UHGV virus genome: UHGV-0196292
Length of the DNA stretch: 44,047 nucleotides
Source of the DNA: a virus
Reading direction: 5' to 3' (one strand)
The notes below the pieces were generated by a model that was given only the letters and a program-made list of their open reading frames with translations, did not search any database and was not told where the DNA came from. This document shows, in pieces, positions 43,781 through 44,047 of this stretch; the stretch's first letter is position 1, and every line of letters starts with the position of its first letter. A program made the position numbers and the translations under genes.

Positions 43781-44047
43781 AGTCCTTATCATTTAAACAT
43801 AGAAACGGCGTAATCTCAGTAAACCAGTTACTTTTTACACAAGCAATAGAGTATGGCCCTTCCGAACGCGTCAGCGTAACTACACTCAGGACTTACGTCC
43901 CGCTCCGTTACCTGCCCGCGCCGCGGTCGCTTGTTCATACTTCACAAGCTCAGGTGGAGCTTAGCACATTTTCAGTGAAAAGTCAACTATTCGAATAGTT
44001 TATTCCAACATTTACAATTCGGTGGAATAACTGGAATAGGTAAATAA

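Noticed and set aside
43800-43990. Possible tRNA or small structured RNA in the terminal intergenic region
   Set aside because: No cloverleaf hallmarks (no GTTCRANYC T-loop, no acceptor/D-arm pattern) by eye; cannot be supported without a tRNA or covariance-model scan.
43239-44041. Inverted 17-mers flanking the spanin genes as terminal repeats of a mobile element
   Set aside because: No transposase or recombinase lies between them and the repeats are imperfect; kept only as a possible regulatory or packaging feature.
1-44047. CRISPR arrays, integrase/recombinase genes, attachment sites
   Set aside because: No regularly spaced direct repeats and no ORF with tyrosine/serine recombinase motifs were seen; the phage appears non-integrative in this window.

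Overview
The window reads as a near-complete, circularly permuted genome of a ~44 kb siphovirus-type dsDNA phage of a Gram-negative (probably enterobacterial) host; family placement cannot be confirmed without a database search. No integrase, tRNA or CRISPR array was seen. Layout: (i) minus-strand packaging/head genes at 0.3-5.2 kb (TerS, TerL, portal, MuF-like head morphogenesis, Ig-like protein); (ii) minus-strand small genes plus the holin/endolysin cassette at 5.3-12.2 kb; (iii) a plus-strand replication block at 12.7-25.2 kb (HTH regulator, primase-polymerase/helicase, lone minus-strand XRE regulator, acidic and DUF551 proteins, Cas4-like nuclease, SSB-like protein, family A DNA polymerase, VRR-NUC, C5 cytosine methyltransferase, SNF2 helicase); (iv) a minus-strand tail/head block at 25.2-43.7 kb (tail fibre, J/K/L/M-like proteins, tape measure, G/GT chaperones, major tail, connectors, major capsid, scaffold, Rz/Rz1 spanins). 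The most interesting items are: a plus-strand accessory cassette (34.4-37.0 kb) embedded in the tail module, encoding a secreted protein, an HTH-fused metallophosphoesterase, a PNK-like HAD phosphatase and a P-loop kinase; a family of sigma70-like promoters whose -10 (TACTAT) lies in a GAATAG-N4-CTATTC palindrome, including a divergent switch around the lone XRE regulator; a methyltransferase whose conserved motifs are split across two reading frames; a G/GT-type -1 frameshift; and an AT-rich, apparently exchanged distal tail-fibre segment. All functional calls are motif-level reading of the translations, not database hits.
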